64,000 bases of DNA from positions 169,198,001 to 169,262,000 of the forward strand of contig OX597814.1 in assembly GCA_951406725.2 (NCBI GenBank), given 5' to 3'. Under the pieces are notes generated by a model. The model had not been told where the DNA came from. It worked only from the letters and a program-made list of their open reading frames with translations, and made no database searches. How positions within the stretch are numbered: position 1 is the stretch's first letter; each line of letters opens with the position of its first letter. A program made the translations under genes and the position numbers. Shown here piece by piece: positions 1 through 13,934 of the stretch. This DNA is from Octopus vulgaris. Lineage: Eukaryota.

Positions 1-877
1 CTCTTTTCTTGGCAGATAAAGTCGTTCTGTATCTGCCTTAGGGTGGTGCATTCTATGCATTGTCAACAGTTTTCGTATATTCCTGTCAAGATTACATATT
101 TCAGTAATTGACCAGTTAACGATATTGAAACTGTAAGTCACAACTGGTATGGCCAATGCATTGATCGCTTCGATCCTGTTTCTCGCATTCAGCTCTGTCT
201 TGAGTATTGCTCTTACTCTGCGATAACATTCTCTCCTGATCCTTTCCTTCATCTCTGAATGCCTTATTCCTTCTCCTTCAATTACCCCTAGATACTTGTA
301 GTTCTCTGCTGGGTCTAATTCTTTTATGACATTCTGCTGGTCAAGGTTAACATTAGATGTTTCTGTAATTTTTCCTTTGATAAAGGTAGCTTTTGCACAC
401 TTATCGAGGCCAAATTGCATTCTGATGTCATCACTGAATTGTTTGACAATCGCTAGTAAGGCCTTGAGTTGTTGGTCATTTTTTGCAAAGAGCTTTAAAT
501 CATCCATGGAAATGAGATGATTTATATTTTTATCAAACATTTTATACCCGTACTGCGCATCATTGAGCAGTTTTGAGAGAGGTATTAAGGCTAAACAGAA
601 GAGGAGTGGTGATAGTGAGTCACCCTGGAAAATGCCACATGAAATTTTTACATCACTAGCATTTAGAGATTCATTGTCACTGTTCAAAGTTAGTGTGGTT
701 CTCCATGATCTCATACTTACAGACAAAAAGTTTCGCAGAGCAGGTGCTATCTTATACATTTCTAGGCATTTCTTAATCCAGCTATGTGGTAGGCTATCAA
801 AAGCCTTTTTATAGTCTATCCAGGCTATCGATAAGTTTTTGTGTCGTTTGTAACAATCTTCTAAGATCATCTTATTG
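1..877 (-). mobile_element. R4/Dong-like (RLE clade) non-LTR retrotransposon, reverse transcriptase fragment running off the window start
   Basis: Minus-strand translation gives AWIDYKKAFDSLPHSWI, GIFQGDSLSPLLFCLAL and HLISMDDLKLF..QFGLDKC (RT motifs; YMDD reads SMDD). The 5' end abuts an (ATT)n tract. Confidence 0.9.
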
Positions 878-879
878 AT

Positions 880-945
880 GAGTATTATTATTATTATTAC
901 TATTATTATTACTATTATTATTATTACTATTATTATTATTATTAC

Positions 946-999
<54 letters not shown>

Positions 1000-1035
1000 T
1001 ACTATTATTATTGTTATTGTTATTATTATCATTAT
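880..1035. repeat. (ATT)n microsatellite
   Basis: Direct reading; source of the poly-Ile ORF. Confidence 0.97.
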
Positions 1036-1620
1036 TTTGTATTTCTCTCCAGTTTAGTTAAATTCCTTTCTAACCATTATCTCTTTCTCATTCACACATC
1101 AATAGATTAGTGCAACTGGTTGCTACTTTAAAGAGATTGAATGTCTGCTTGCTTGTTTTTAAGACTGGGAACATAGTTTTTTTTCTTGCCATTCTCAGAG
1201 TTGTGGCTAATGTTATTCTGGAAATTGAGGATTGCTGTCTTGGATGGTTTCTATTGCTTCCTCTTCTTGTTTTCTTGCCCAGTCTTTCTAGTTCTTCAAG
1301 GCAGAAGGCTCTGACGTGGCTCTTACTATGATGACCTGTGTATCAATGAAGCTATTTTCCCCTTCGCCATTCATCTCAACACTTTCAACAATGGCATTGT
1401 GGTCTAGGGTATCATTAGAACTTGCAAATCTATTTTGATGCCATTTAGCTCCATATCACCTGTCACCAGTCCAGCTAAAATCACCTGCTCATACAGCAAT
1501 ATAAAAATGATGACCAGCCATTGTTTTACATTATTTTCAATGTCCTCTTCTCATTACCCTTGTATTTTTCTACCCCATACACTGGAGTACAAGATAATCA
1601 GTCCTTATATTTTTTGTGTA

Positions 1621-2123
1621 CCATAAATCCTCGAGTATAATCTGCAATTTTTTCCCCAAAATTTGAAGTTCAAAATCCCTAGTGCATACTATATATGAGG
1701 TTAAAAATGAAAAATATTTTCTAAGCAATGTCTGAGTCTCTAATTGCTGTCCAACAATGTTTATTCAGACACATTTTGTGATGTTGGGCGCGAAAATACC
1801 TTAAGCTAAGCCTGAAAGCAATGAAGTCATAAAAGAATCATCCATAACTTGCAGTAAGTGACATTTATTAAATGTTATTACTGTTATTTCTTTATTTTCT
1901 GCAAACAAAAATGCACACGTTTGCATTATGTTATATATAAAATAATAATAAAGGATGTTACTGTATACATTTTTACAAATCAGGGACGTTATATAGACCT
2001 CCTTGACTCAAGCTAGAGAAGGGGTGTATATTATACACAAGGTTTAGGTTTTTCAGAGGTACAGCCCCCTAAAAATCCCCTGCGTATTATACTCAAGGGC
2101 AGACTATACTCGAGAATTTATGG
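1621..2123. mobile_element. Non-autonomous Tc1/mariner-superfamily (pogo-like) MITE, copy 1
   Basis: TIRs CCATAAATCCTCGAGTATAATC / GACTATACTCGAGAATTTATGG flanked by TA; a second, inverted copy lies at 35446-35969. Confidence 0.85.
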
Positions 2124-3809
2124 TATGTGTGTGCATGTATGTATGCATCTCCATTTAATAATGGTTTCAAATTTTGGCACAAGGCCACCAAGTTCAGAGG
2201 AAGGGACAAGTTGATTATATTGACCCCAAAGTTTAACTGGTATTTATTTTATCGATCCAATCTTGGCAGAATTTGAACTCAGAACATAAACTGATATAAC
2301 TGTTGGCTGGTTGAAAGTGTAGTTAATAATTTCCGCCTCAAAAGTGCAGCAAGCAGCACCATATCAGTTTTCCCTTCCAATTGAGAGATTTTCTTCTGAA
2401 ATTTCTTGTCATGCATGTTCTAGATACTGCTTTAATGGTAATTTGATACTGCCACCTTCCTTTATAAAACACAGGTAAATTATTTTTTACTTTGCTCTCT
2501 CTTGGATGACATCCTGCAGCAAAAGAGACATTGTCTGGTTTTACATAATTTTCTCAACTAATTTTATTCCAACAACTGTTAAATATAAAATTTTCTGTTT
2601 GTCATGATAGAAGCAAGATTATCTTTAACACAGCTGCTATATGAATGATTTAAAGTGTTTGTCTCTGTACAAGTGTTGTTGCAGTTATTGCTATCTTCAA
2701 AAGTATTTGTTAAACTCTTCAAAAATTTTTTTATTTTATTAATTGCTCATTAAAATGTTAATTCTTTTTTCCTGTTTTTTATTTGAAAGTGCAGTTTGTT
2801 TTAGAGCTTTTTTTTGTTGACATTTATTGGTGTTGTCTTTTGTATATTGAGGATATCTGCCAGACATTTTAAATATAAAATTTAGTTAAAATGTGTAAGC
2901 AAATGAAATAAAGACTGTAAAGGCAAAGCTTTATTTCTGCCTCTCCCTGGGTAGTGATGCCCTTAGGTGTTTAAAATTCATTTTGGGTGAGTGATCCAAA
3001 GAAATTTTCAAAGTTGAATAAAGATGTGTCTCAAAGAGAGAAGATAAAACATGTGTTCACATATTGAGAGTAAAAAACTGTAGCACAAGGAAGGAAAAAG
3101 ACAAAAGAAAAAGTAGCCAATGGGAGAATGAAATACAGAGACCTTATCTGTTGACCTAGGTGGGATGAGCAATCAGTCTTAAGAAGTAAACAAGTCCTTG
3201 CATGCTGCTGCCTCTTATTGAACTGCCTTTTACACGTGCTTCCGGCCCATACATGCCCTGTGGCTGTTCTGCTGGCCCCTGCAGTCTTCACTTCCATCTA
3301 CCTCATCTGCAATCCTCTCCACCAACACCACATAGCTCATCACAGCCCATAACACCACAAACACCACAAAAACAATTACAATAATCATAATAAAATGTTC
3401 TTTTATTTCTCAAATGGAACTAAATGGGATTTATATGATAACAAAGTATAGAATGGTGGTAGTTTGCATTGAGTATAAGAGGAAACAGCAAATATGAAAT
3501 ATATGTTAAAACTGATGTGAAAAATATTGTATGTGTCCCAAAAGGGAGACAACCTCATTGGGTGGTTAACTTAATCTATTACCTGGTTTAATACTACCAC
3601 ATGCTCCCTGTCCTTTAACAGAGTCCACTGTGTTGCAAGCATTTAGGCCAGGCCTCCAGTTTAAGGATACTTTTCTCCCTCCCTTTCATTAGTCTCAGAA
3701 TCTCTGTAAAAAATTCTGGGAAATTGCCTGCTGTTATTTGTACTGTCTAGCCAAGTTCTTCATTCTAAATTGCTCATTCACACATACTTACCACTTATGT
3801 TTATATATT

Positions 3810-4262
3810 TGTTTTGCAAGATTCTTATTGTTGTATTTAGGGATGGTCATGTTGCCAGTTTAGCCAATGAAAACACAAGCACTATATGTTTGGTGCTAAT
3901 TTGCTTCAGCTTTATTATATTTTTTACATTAATCTTATTTCGGCCAGAGTTCTTTCGTCCATTTCTGTGACCTCATCAGTGGTCCTGTGCTTTCTTCTTT
4001 CTTATTTGTGTGTCTCTCCTTACTAACGATTAGCCATTTTTGTATGTGTCATTATTTGTGCTATTGTATGTGTCTTTATTTGTGCATGCGTATACCCCTA
4101 TGTGTGTCTATGTTTAGTAAGTGTGTGTGTGTGTGTGGGGGGGCAAGTGCCTGTATTATTTGTATCTCCTATTTATACATGTTCCTGTAATTTGTTTTTA
4201 TGCTTAAAGACACATACAATAGGAATACAAAATACAAAATGACCATCCCTAAATACAACAAA
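3810..4262 (-). mobile_element. PLE-like LTR derivative with partial hammerhead core and short inverted arm
   Basis: Inverted pair TTGTTGTATTTAGGGATGGTCAT (3828-3850) / ATGACCATCCCTAAATACAACAA (4239-4261); minus strand has CTGATGA-GGTCA..TGGCC-GAAA at about 3938-3979. Confidence 0.55.
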
Positions 4263-5099
4263 TACTTACCACCCTTATTCACCTTTCAGCACTTCTCTCT
4301 CTTTCCCTACTCCCACCTTCCATCTCCATCCTTACTTCCCTCATTGGGTGACTCTTGAAATATTGGTTTCAAATTGGCAAAGTTGATCCCGATGGAATTT
4401 GAACTCAGAACATAAAAATGGACAAAATGTTGCTAAGCAGTTTACCTGGCATGCTAACAACTTTGCGTGCTTGCCACTTTGGCTCTTGAAATATTGGTTT
4501 CAAATTTTGGCACAAGTCCAGCAATTTGGAGGGAAGAGACAAGTCAATTAAATCAACCTCAGTGTTCAAATGGTACTTATTGTATTAACCTTGAAAGGAT
4601 GAAAAGCAAAGTCAACCACAGCAGAATTTGAACTCAGAACATATAGATGAACAAAATGTTTCTAAGCATTTTGTCCAGCTTGCTAATTATTCTTCAGCTT
4701 ACCACCTTGGCCCTTGAAATATTGATGAAGGTTGGCAAGAGAAAATGAAAGGAAAAAATGGCATCAACCTTCTCAATCTTATCCATCGCACTACCTTTTT
4801 ACCATAACAATTTAGAAATAAAAAAACTGCTTGCACTTCCCTGCCAAGTGAATGTGGCTGAGCAATACAGGTGCAACCCTACTGAGCCATTGTTGGCTTT
4901 TACTTAGGCTCACTTCCACTTTGTCAAACCTTGCAGGGTATTGACCATGGAGTGATTCAGACCAACAAAGAAATAAAAACTAATTACTCAGACATAGTAA
5001 TCAAGTACAGGGTGTATTCAATTGTATTAAACTCTATACTTAATTTGTATTTTATTTTATTGACTCTGTTTTGTTAGCTGCTCCTCCTATTCTGCTGTC

Positions 5100-5310
5100 C
5101 ATCATCCCCTAGAAGGTGATGAAGGCTGAAGTGGTAGGCAGCAGAACTAGAGGAAGACCTCAGTTTGTGTGGATCGATGGATTGAGGAAAGCTTTGGTAG
5201 TTAGAGGTGTTGGAGTGAGAGAGGCAAGAGAGTTTATTAATGGTAGGAAAACTTGGAGAGTTTGTGGACAGATGAGTGAATTTGATGTTGCTCAAAGGGG
5301 TACGGAACAT
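5100..5310 (+). mobile_element. RTE-type LINE 3' fragment
   Basis: PRRVMKAEVVGSRTRGRPQFVWIDGL resembles the GxRxRGRP..W motif of RTE C-termini. Confidence 0.6.
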
Positions 5311-5499
5311 AACAATTAAAATAATAATAAGGAGAAGAATCCTTTCTAGTATAGGCACAATGCCTGAAATTTTGTGGGTTGAGGCTAATTAATTACATTA
5401 ACCCTGAAAGGATGAAGAGCAAAGTCAACCTTGGCAGAATCTGAACTTAGAACATAAAGCCAGATTCACCACCTTAATAATAATGATGATGATGATGAT

Positions 5500-6875
5500 G
5501 GGTCAAAGAGACAAAAACAACATGATAAATAGAATTACAAAAGATACTGAAGGAGAAATGGAGAGAAAAATCACTCCATGGCCAATACCCTGCAAGGTTT
5601 GACAAAGTGGAAGTGAGCCTAAGTAAAAGCCAACAATGGCTCAAAAGCTCTGGTCTAAAAGTTGAAACCGAAGGACTGATTTTCCCTGCACAAGACCAAT
5701 ACCTGGTTACAAACAATTATAAAAGCAAAATAATGAAAAGCAGCCTGAACACCAAATGCAGTGTCTGCAACCAGCACAGTGAGACTGTAAACCACATCAT
5801 CTTAGGCTGCCCAGTCCTTGCCAAATCTGGATATATATACTGTATACAGACACATCAGAGTAAGCAGTTATATCCATTAGACAAGATGCCAACATTACAG
5901 CATTAAAGCTGACAACAAGTGGCAGAAACGTTAACGCACCAGGCGAAATGCTTAGCGGTATTTCATCTGCCGTTACGTTCTGAGTTCAAATTCCGCTGGG
6001 GTCGACTTTGCCTTTCATCCTTTCGGGGTCGATAAATAAAGTACCAGTTACGCACTGGGGTCGATATAATCGACTTAATCCGTTTGTCTGTCCTTGTTTG
6101 TCCTCTCTGTGTTTAGCCCCTTGTGGGTAGTAAAGAAATAGGTATAAACATGTGCTAAACAAGGTCCAAGACAACAACCAGGTCACAATCATCTGGGATA
6201 TGCCAGTTCAAAACAACAAAGAAACAAAAGCTAATCACCCAGACATAGTAATCAAGAATTGGAAAAGAAATACCAGCTTACTGATAGACATTGCAGTCCC
6301 TTTTGATCAAAATATTATCTAGAAGGAAATGGAGAAATAGTCAAAGTACAAAGACCTCAAAATTGAAATATTCAAGATGTAGAGCATGAAGGTAAAAACA
6401 ATATCAATAATAATTGAAGCATTGGGCATGATAAAAAGACATATGAACAAAAACATAGAAGCTATACCTGGGTCCTCAACACTACACACTATCCAAAAAA
6501 TAGCCCTGCTAGGAACAGCACACATCCTATGCAAGACTATCAATTCAATAATACAACCTAAACAAAACAACCCACAAACACAAGATGCTCTATACAGCAA
6601 TTACCCAATAAAATAAACTTACACCAGCAAACTAGATAACCAAAGCATTACACACTCAACATACAATACAAGCAGTAATGCAAAAATGCTAACACTATAC
6701 AATACTGGGAAAAGTTTGTGCATTCCCCAAAGCAGAAAAGAACGCACAATGCTGTGCACACCCCAGCAACACGAATGTGCAGCAGGTGATGCAGTAGAAA
6801 TTTGCCTCAAACTACCAAATGTTGAACAATTATAAAATAATAATAACCATGCTGGTAATGATAATAATGATAATT
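5500..6875 (+). mobile_element. R4/Dong-like LINE 3' part (CCHC knuckle + restriction-like endonuclease), interrupted by a SINE
   Basis: LKVETEGLIFPAQDQ, CSVCNQHSETVNHIILGC, IWDMPV..ANHPDIVI..LIDIAV, KYKDLKIEI and IQKIALLGTAHIL; both ends lie in AAT/GAT tracts. Confidence 0.88.
5920..6142 (+). mobile_element. tRNA-derived SINE family A
   Basis: B-box GAGTTCAAATTCC, core GCCTTTCATCCTTTCGGGGTCGATAAA and tail AAAGAAATAG. Further copies at about 16520-16750, 24030-24260, 38800-39026 and 50745-50972 (all minus); shorter variants at about 2165-2290, 4360-4710, 12490-12920, 23625-23840 and 52050-52250. Confidence 0.88.
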
Positions 6876-7781
6876 TTATTGCTAGCAGGACCCATTCATA
6901 CATACAAAACAAAATGAGTTAGAAGAGTAGGCAAAGTGGTATGACAAACACAGGACAATATATTAAAGATAATAGAATCTTTTTTTTTATAAATAACACT
7001 AAGTAAATGAATATATAACACTCATTCATTTCTTTGTCTGATTTTCCATGCTAGCATGGGTTAGATGAATACGAATTATTGAAGTGTTTTAAAGCTGGGT
7101 CTAAACCTGAAACCATGTGGTTGGTTAGAAAGCATACGTCTTAACTACACAACCATAGCTGTGTCTAGATAGATGAATGAATATATACATGTGTGTGTGT
7201 GTGTAAAAGGAGAGAGAGGGAATTAAATGAAATATAAATAAAAACTGATAACAAATGAATAGTAAACCCACTTCCACATGGTTGAGGAGATACCACCTGG
7301 GTTTGATCACAGCACTCCATGACCCTGGTCACGTGCCACTCATCTACTCCACATTCATGTCTTGAAAAATGCTCAGTTCCTTAAAAATATATATGAATGA
7401 ACTTATTTTCTACTATCACGTTTGTTCTCTTTGATATAAATATAGTAAGCTATATATACATATGAACACTTCACTTTAAAATTGCACTGCATAACCTACA
7501 AACACAACTCTTCTGTCTCACAGACTTATGACATGATTTGTGCAATAAACAAATGATAATAAATAAATAAATGGAAAAATATAAAAAAAAAAGTAAGTTT
7601 TGCTCTCCTAATTCAGCTGATGTCTGGCTTTACTAAATGTGCACTGCCTCAACTTTGAAACTCAAATTTCATTCATATGTCATACAGTATAATACACATA
7701 GCCACACATGAACACACACATATAGACACGTGTGTGTGTGTGTGTGTGTGTGTGTATGTATCTATATTTGTGTGTGTGTTA

Positions 7782-7834
<53 letters not shown>

Positions 7835-8250
7835 TACACACGTGTGTGTGTATATATCATCATCATCATCACCATCATCATTTAATGTTCGCTGTCCATG
7901 CTGACGTGGGTTGAATGACCTGGTATGCTGGAAGGCTGCAGCAGACTCCAGTCAGATTTGGCATGGTTTTTGACAGCTGGATGCCCTTCCTAATGGCAAC
8001 CACTCCAAGAGTGTAATGGGTACTTTTACATGCCATTTACATGACACTGGCATGTGTTTATATACCACTGGCATGGGTGCCAATATGCATGACACTGATA
8101 TCTGTCATGGCTGTGATTTTGCTCAGCTTGATAGGTGTTCTTCTCAAGCATGACATAATGCCAAAGGTCTTAATCTTTGCCTTCGTGACACCCAAAACTT
8201 GAAAGGAACTTAGCCACTTTGCCTCCATGAAGCTCGGCACTATATGTATG

Positions 8251-8620
<370 letters not shown>

Positions 8621-8786
8621 TATATAATGTATGTGTGTGTGTACATATATATAAAATGCATGTGTGTATATATATCTAAATAATATGTGTATATTTATAT
8701 ATATATATATATATAATGTATGTGCGTGTGTGTGTGTGTGTGTATATATATACACACACACACACAATGAAGCATTGTGTAAAATA

Positions 8787-9630
8787 TATATTGTATAAAG
8801 GATCGTGGGTAAGGCCAAAACAATGCGAAGTAAATGCAAGGCAAATCACAAGAAAACAAATATGTGAATTAATGTAGACTTACCTTGTATTCAATATTTC
8901 GGGATTATGACCCCATTTTCAAGAAATAAATGAATGTTGCTGATGTTCGTGCATGTGAGTGTGTGTGGAGTGGACATGCACAGAAAGGTGTTGCTATAGC
9001 AACCAGTTAGTTTCTTGTAACTCTCTTCTGTTGTTGATCTTGGGTTTCTTTTGGTGTATGAGGATGGCCTCAGAGATTCTAAGATTGCTCCTGTTCCACT
9101 GTGTTGCCTTGATATGCACTGTGAATTCCTGGGTCTGGCATTTCTGTAGATGTTTCTTCATGGAAGTGTCTGTCTGCATGTGTTCCTTAATGCGTACATG
9201 CTGTTTTCTTATCATGCTTCCGATGTAGGATGCACCACATTTGCCACAGATGATCTCATATACAACATACGTCCTCTGTACAATTCAGGGTCATTGATGG
9301 CGCAGTTCGACAATGTGCACTCCTCGGAGAAGCGAGAGGTATTGTTCTTGGACAGAGCTTTTCTCAGGGAAGAGCTGGTGCGCACTATCTGTATGTCAAG
9401 TCCTTTTCTGCAGACTGTGTGTTGTATCGCTGCAGTAGTTCTGTCATCAAAGTGTGGTAACTTTAGAAAGCATGTGCTGGACTTGGGAGTATGATGGTTC
9501 TTCCGGGGTTTATTGACCCAGAAATATTGAATACAAGGTAAGTCTACATTAATTCACATATTTTCTTGTGATTTACCTTGCATTTACTTTGCATTGTTTT
9601 GGCCTTACCCACAATCCTTTATACAATATA
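8787..9630 (-). mobile_element. Penelope-like element relic: GIY-YIG endonuclease fragment between inverted pseudo-LTR arms
   Basis: Minus strand reads CTLSNC..(frameshift)..VVYEIICGKCGASYIGSMIRKQHVRIKEH..ISEAILIHQKKPKIN (8994-9494). Inverted arms of about 110 bp at 8787-8900 and 9521-9630 end in TA tracts. Confidence 0.88.
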
Positions 9631-9699
9631 TATATATATATATATATATAAATACAGGTTAAATCCAATTTGATCAATATCCAAAGAGATTTATTTCGT

Positions 9700-10860
9700 T
9701 ATTATTTTATAATTAGCCTTTATTTATTTATAAAATTAATCTAATTTTTGTATCTCTATAAATTCATATAATAAGTTAATATTTAGATAAGTAATAAGTA
9801 AATAAATATTAAACTATTTCTTTGCAATTTTCTTTTCCTCCCTCTATTATGGTAAAAATTTGGTATATACTCAAAATATTCAAAGAAGTTTTATCCTTTT
9901 ATTAAAATTTAATTCTTAATAATCTTCTTGATTACCCTAAATTTTAACTTTATACAATAAGACAATATTGCTTGAAATTATCTTTAGAAATTACTTGATT
10001 TATCTCTTTCTCAAATGGGTCTACCCTCCTGAACTTAGTATTTACAAGGGCCTTTATATAAACAACCCTTCTAAACAAGTACAACTAAGAAACCATAAAT
10101 ATCATGTAAAGGAGTAACAATAATAACTTCTTAAACCTATAATATGACTCTAAGTTTTTAAAAAAAGATTAGTTTAAAATATGATTGTTCCATAACTTAA
10201 ACATTCCTTTAGCTGATACCAGACACCAGTCTTTTATTGATATTTGCTAAATAAGTGAATATATAATTTTTAGTCTAATATATTTTGAATTATTATACTT
10301 TTTCTAAAAATCTTCTCTATTGGTGTTAATAAGCTACATATACTTTAACATAGTATTAGTAATTAAGCTATTTTATTTCCTTTTCTATGGTGTTCTGCCC
10401 TACTTGATTATTTTATTTTATTTCTTTATTATTTTATAACTAGCCTTTATTTATAAAATTAATCTACTTTTTGTATCTCTATAAATCCATACTTAGCTTA
10501 TATATAAAACTATACTGGTATATTCACTACTTATAAAAAATACTGCTTAGATTATAATTTTATTAATATATAATTAGCATGTTCCTTTACCTCAATACTC
10601 CTTTATTAATACCAGTATATACCAATTAATCAATATTCACAGATACCATCTGATGAGTTAGTATTTAAGTGTACAATATGTATAAATATTAAACTATTTC
10701 AGGATAATTTCTTTTCCTCCCTCTATTGTGGTAATAGTTTGGTATATACTCAAAAGTATTCATAAATTTCTATTCTTTTGTTATAATATTCTTCTTAATA
10801 ATCCTCTGAATAACCCTAAACTTTAACTGTATACAATATAGCAACATTGTTTAAAATATT
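9700..10860. repeat. Diverged tandem duplication of an unclassified AT-rich element
   Basis: Blocks ..TAGCCTTTATTT..TTTTCCTCCCTCTATT..GGTATATACTCAAAA..ACCCTAAA.TTTAACT recur at about 9700-9980 and 10427-10857. Confidence 0.7.
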
Positions 10861-12268
10861 TAACTATAGTACTATATGATAAGACTTCCCCTGTTTCATT
10901 ATCAATGATCTACTAGTGGGCGACCCCCTTAAAGCAAACATCTTTACCTTTACCAAACCTCATGATATTGCTTCTAATAAATCTTGATTTTTATGACTAT
11001 ACCAACTAAAATGTTATCGCTTAACAGTTGTCCTTGTTATTAATAGACAACTGTAATAGGTGGGTTGTTAAGAGTACAGGGAGGGTTTTAAAAGTCCAAA
11101 TACACGTTAAATAAATGCTGTAAATATGGTGTCCCTACTTCGTGGAAATTCAGTTATCGTGGCCATTCTCAGAACCAATCTACCACGATAAACGAGGGAT
11201 CACTGTATTTATGTTCTAAATGAATTTAATAAAAGCATCTAAATATGAAACATGAAAATTGTTCAAACTGAAATCCTTCTTGAACGACACATTTTCCCAT
11301 TCGAGTCAATACAGAATAACAGATAGTATTTCTGGAATTTTGATTTGCTGTCGGGTGACTTTTGGCCACACAGTACATATTCTATTATATACTACAGTTC
11401 TAAGGCCATGCTGGAGCACAACCAGAGTAATCACCTTTCAAATAGCCAATCTTATGTAATTAGCTTTTGGTGAAAGAAGGTTTTCAACACTGCTGCCCTC
11501 TTTTGAGGTGGACCAAAAATCATGCATAAATTAACTTCAATACGCTCTGGAATTATGAGACTGGCTTCAATTTTTCTAAAACCAAATAAAATAAATAAAA
11601 TAATGGTGAATACTAATGTACTTGTTCATGATGAATAAAATTAATAGTAATAACAACATAATTTGAATTAAATGCCAAATGCTTTGATGAGTGACTTTTG
11701 GGCCCACCCTGCATGTGTGTGTGACTTTTGGCCCACCCTGCATATGTTTACTCTCACAAGCACTCACACATTCACACACACAAATAAACAAAAGAACTGG
11801 AATGATAAAACCTGTCAGAATTAACCCAAAACAAAGGCAACATTTATATGAGCATCATTGCTGATCTAGTTTATATTATACAAAACAAAAGAAAAAAAAC
11901 ACAAAGGAAACAGTCTTTAATTTATTTTTTACTGACACTTATTGTTGGCTAGCATATGAGTAATGATTTTCATTGAGGCATATAATTTTACTACTGAATG
12001 TACTTCTTATCATTAACCACCCAACTGTAAGAGTGATATTTGTTATTCAGGTAAAATTTCTATGGGCCTGTCTAGGGCAGTGGTATATTAACTGTATATA
12101 AAAAAAAAAAAGCATTAATGCCTCATTTTTGTATCTGGTTTGCAAAATTCTTCATGTGAGCTCATGTGTTGAAACATATTTTGTTGTATTTTAGGAAGTC
12201 ACTGTGCCAATAATAAACACAAGTACAGGTTCTATTTCACTTCCATTTATTATTATTTATCAATTAAC

Positions 12269-12486
12269 CCTTTGGCATACAGATTACTCTGTCAAATGTA
12301 ATGCTTATTTATTCACATTATTTGAAATTAATCATGCACTATCTTATAGCTTTGAGATTTCAGTGATGTGATTGCTTATTTTTGGAATGACATTGTAGGG
12401 TAGGTGTGAGATTCTGAATCTGGCAAATTTGACCATAAAACAGGTAGAATATTAGGGCCAGATATAACCGGTTTAAAAACTAAAGG
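12269..12486. mobile_element. piggyBac-like MITE
   Basis: TTAA|CCCTTTGGCAT ... CTAAAGGC|TTAA termini (right end degenerate). Confidence 0.6.
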
Positions 12487-12959
12487 CTTAAAGATGACAA
12501 ACTAGCAGAATCATTAACATACTGTGCAAAATGCTTAGCAGCATTTCGTCTGCCTTTACGTTCTGAGTTCAAATTCTGCCATGGTTGACTTTCATGGTTG
12601 ACTTTCAGGGTTGACACAATAAGTACCAGTTGAGCACTGGGGTCAATGTAATTGACTAACTCCTCCCCCAAAATTTGAGGTCTTATGCCTAAAGTAGAAA
12701 GGATTAGTATTTATCAATTGAGGATGGCAAGTTAGTAAATAGTTAGCATGCTGAACAAAATTCTGAGTGGCATATCCCCTGGCTTTGCATTCTGAGTTCA
12801 AATTCTGTCAAGGTCAGTTTGCTTTTCAACCTTTCAAGGTCAATAAAATAGGTACCAGTCTAACACTAGGGTTGATACAATCAACTAGCCCCCTACAAAT
12901 TTCAGACCTTGTGCCTATTGTACATATATACACTCTCATACATAGATACAGGATTATTA

Positions 12960-13351
12960 TCTCTATATATATAAAGCTGAAGTTGTCTGTGTATGGCAGG
13001 TTTGGTAGCCTTCAACTAACACTATCTCATCCGAGACCCTACAGTGCAAGTTGACTAAAATTGAGAATATGATAGAAGCAGGCTTGCTCCTCCTTCTATA
13101 GAAGAAAAAATTCAAATCGGACCATGTTAACACCAAAAATTATTTACATCAAAAAAGTGCTTTTTTTCTATGAAAATCCCTATTTTTTATGATTTTTTTA
13201 CTGCTGTGTCGCCAATTCTCGGTGTATTTCAACCAGAAAAATGTTCACTTAAAGAGAATAACAAGCTACATAATGCAAAATTTTTACTTTTCAAAAATTC
13301 CAATTCTAAAGGGTCGAAACAAACCCGAGCAACACTGGGCGATACTGCTAG
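12960..13351 (+). mobile_element. Non-autonomous Helitron
   Basis: 5' A|TC start, subterminal hairpin CCCGAGCAACACTGGG, 3' CTAG|T end, no TSD. Confidence 0.8.
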
Positions 13352-13934
13352 TATCTTATTATAGTAGAAATTATCATTAGTCCATTGGTTAACCATTTAA
13401 CCAATCAGTTGTTTGATTAATCACTTGGTCAATCCATCAATCAATCAGCTAGGTTTATTGAAGTCCTTTTGTTGCTATTCATGGCCATATCAGTAACATG
13501 CCCCCTCTACTTCAGGTGACAAAGATATCTGAGTGAGTGGTTAACCGAAAGATTAATCAAACAATCGATTAGTTAACTGGTTAAATAATTAACCAATAGA
13601 CTAATAAGAAGAATAAATGGATTGTAATAGAACTAGTGTGTGCATGTGCTTATTAATGCCATAATGACCCTCCTGAGGTAAAACACTAATGCTTTTGGAT
13701 AAACTGAGAACATCACAGTCATATCTTCCTTGACTTTTTCTTTTTTCATATATATTTTTCAGGATCCACACTTTAGTTAAGAAACCAATATTTTAACTAA
13801 TAATCAAGGAAGGATAAGAGAAAAAAATATAAAGAAGTAATATTTGTTATGTAATGTATTTATACAAATCTTTCTCTCTCTTTCATACACATACACATAT
13901 ATATATAAACTGCACAGATGCACAAATTTATATG

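Noticed and set aside
1100-1500. Possible host exon
   Set aside because: Stops interrupt the plausible frames and there is no recognisable motif or splice pair
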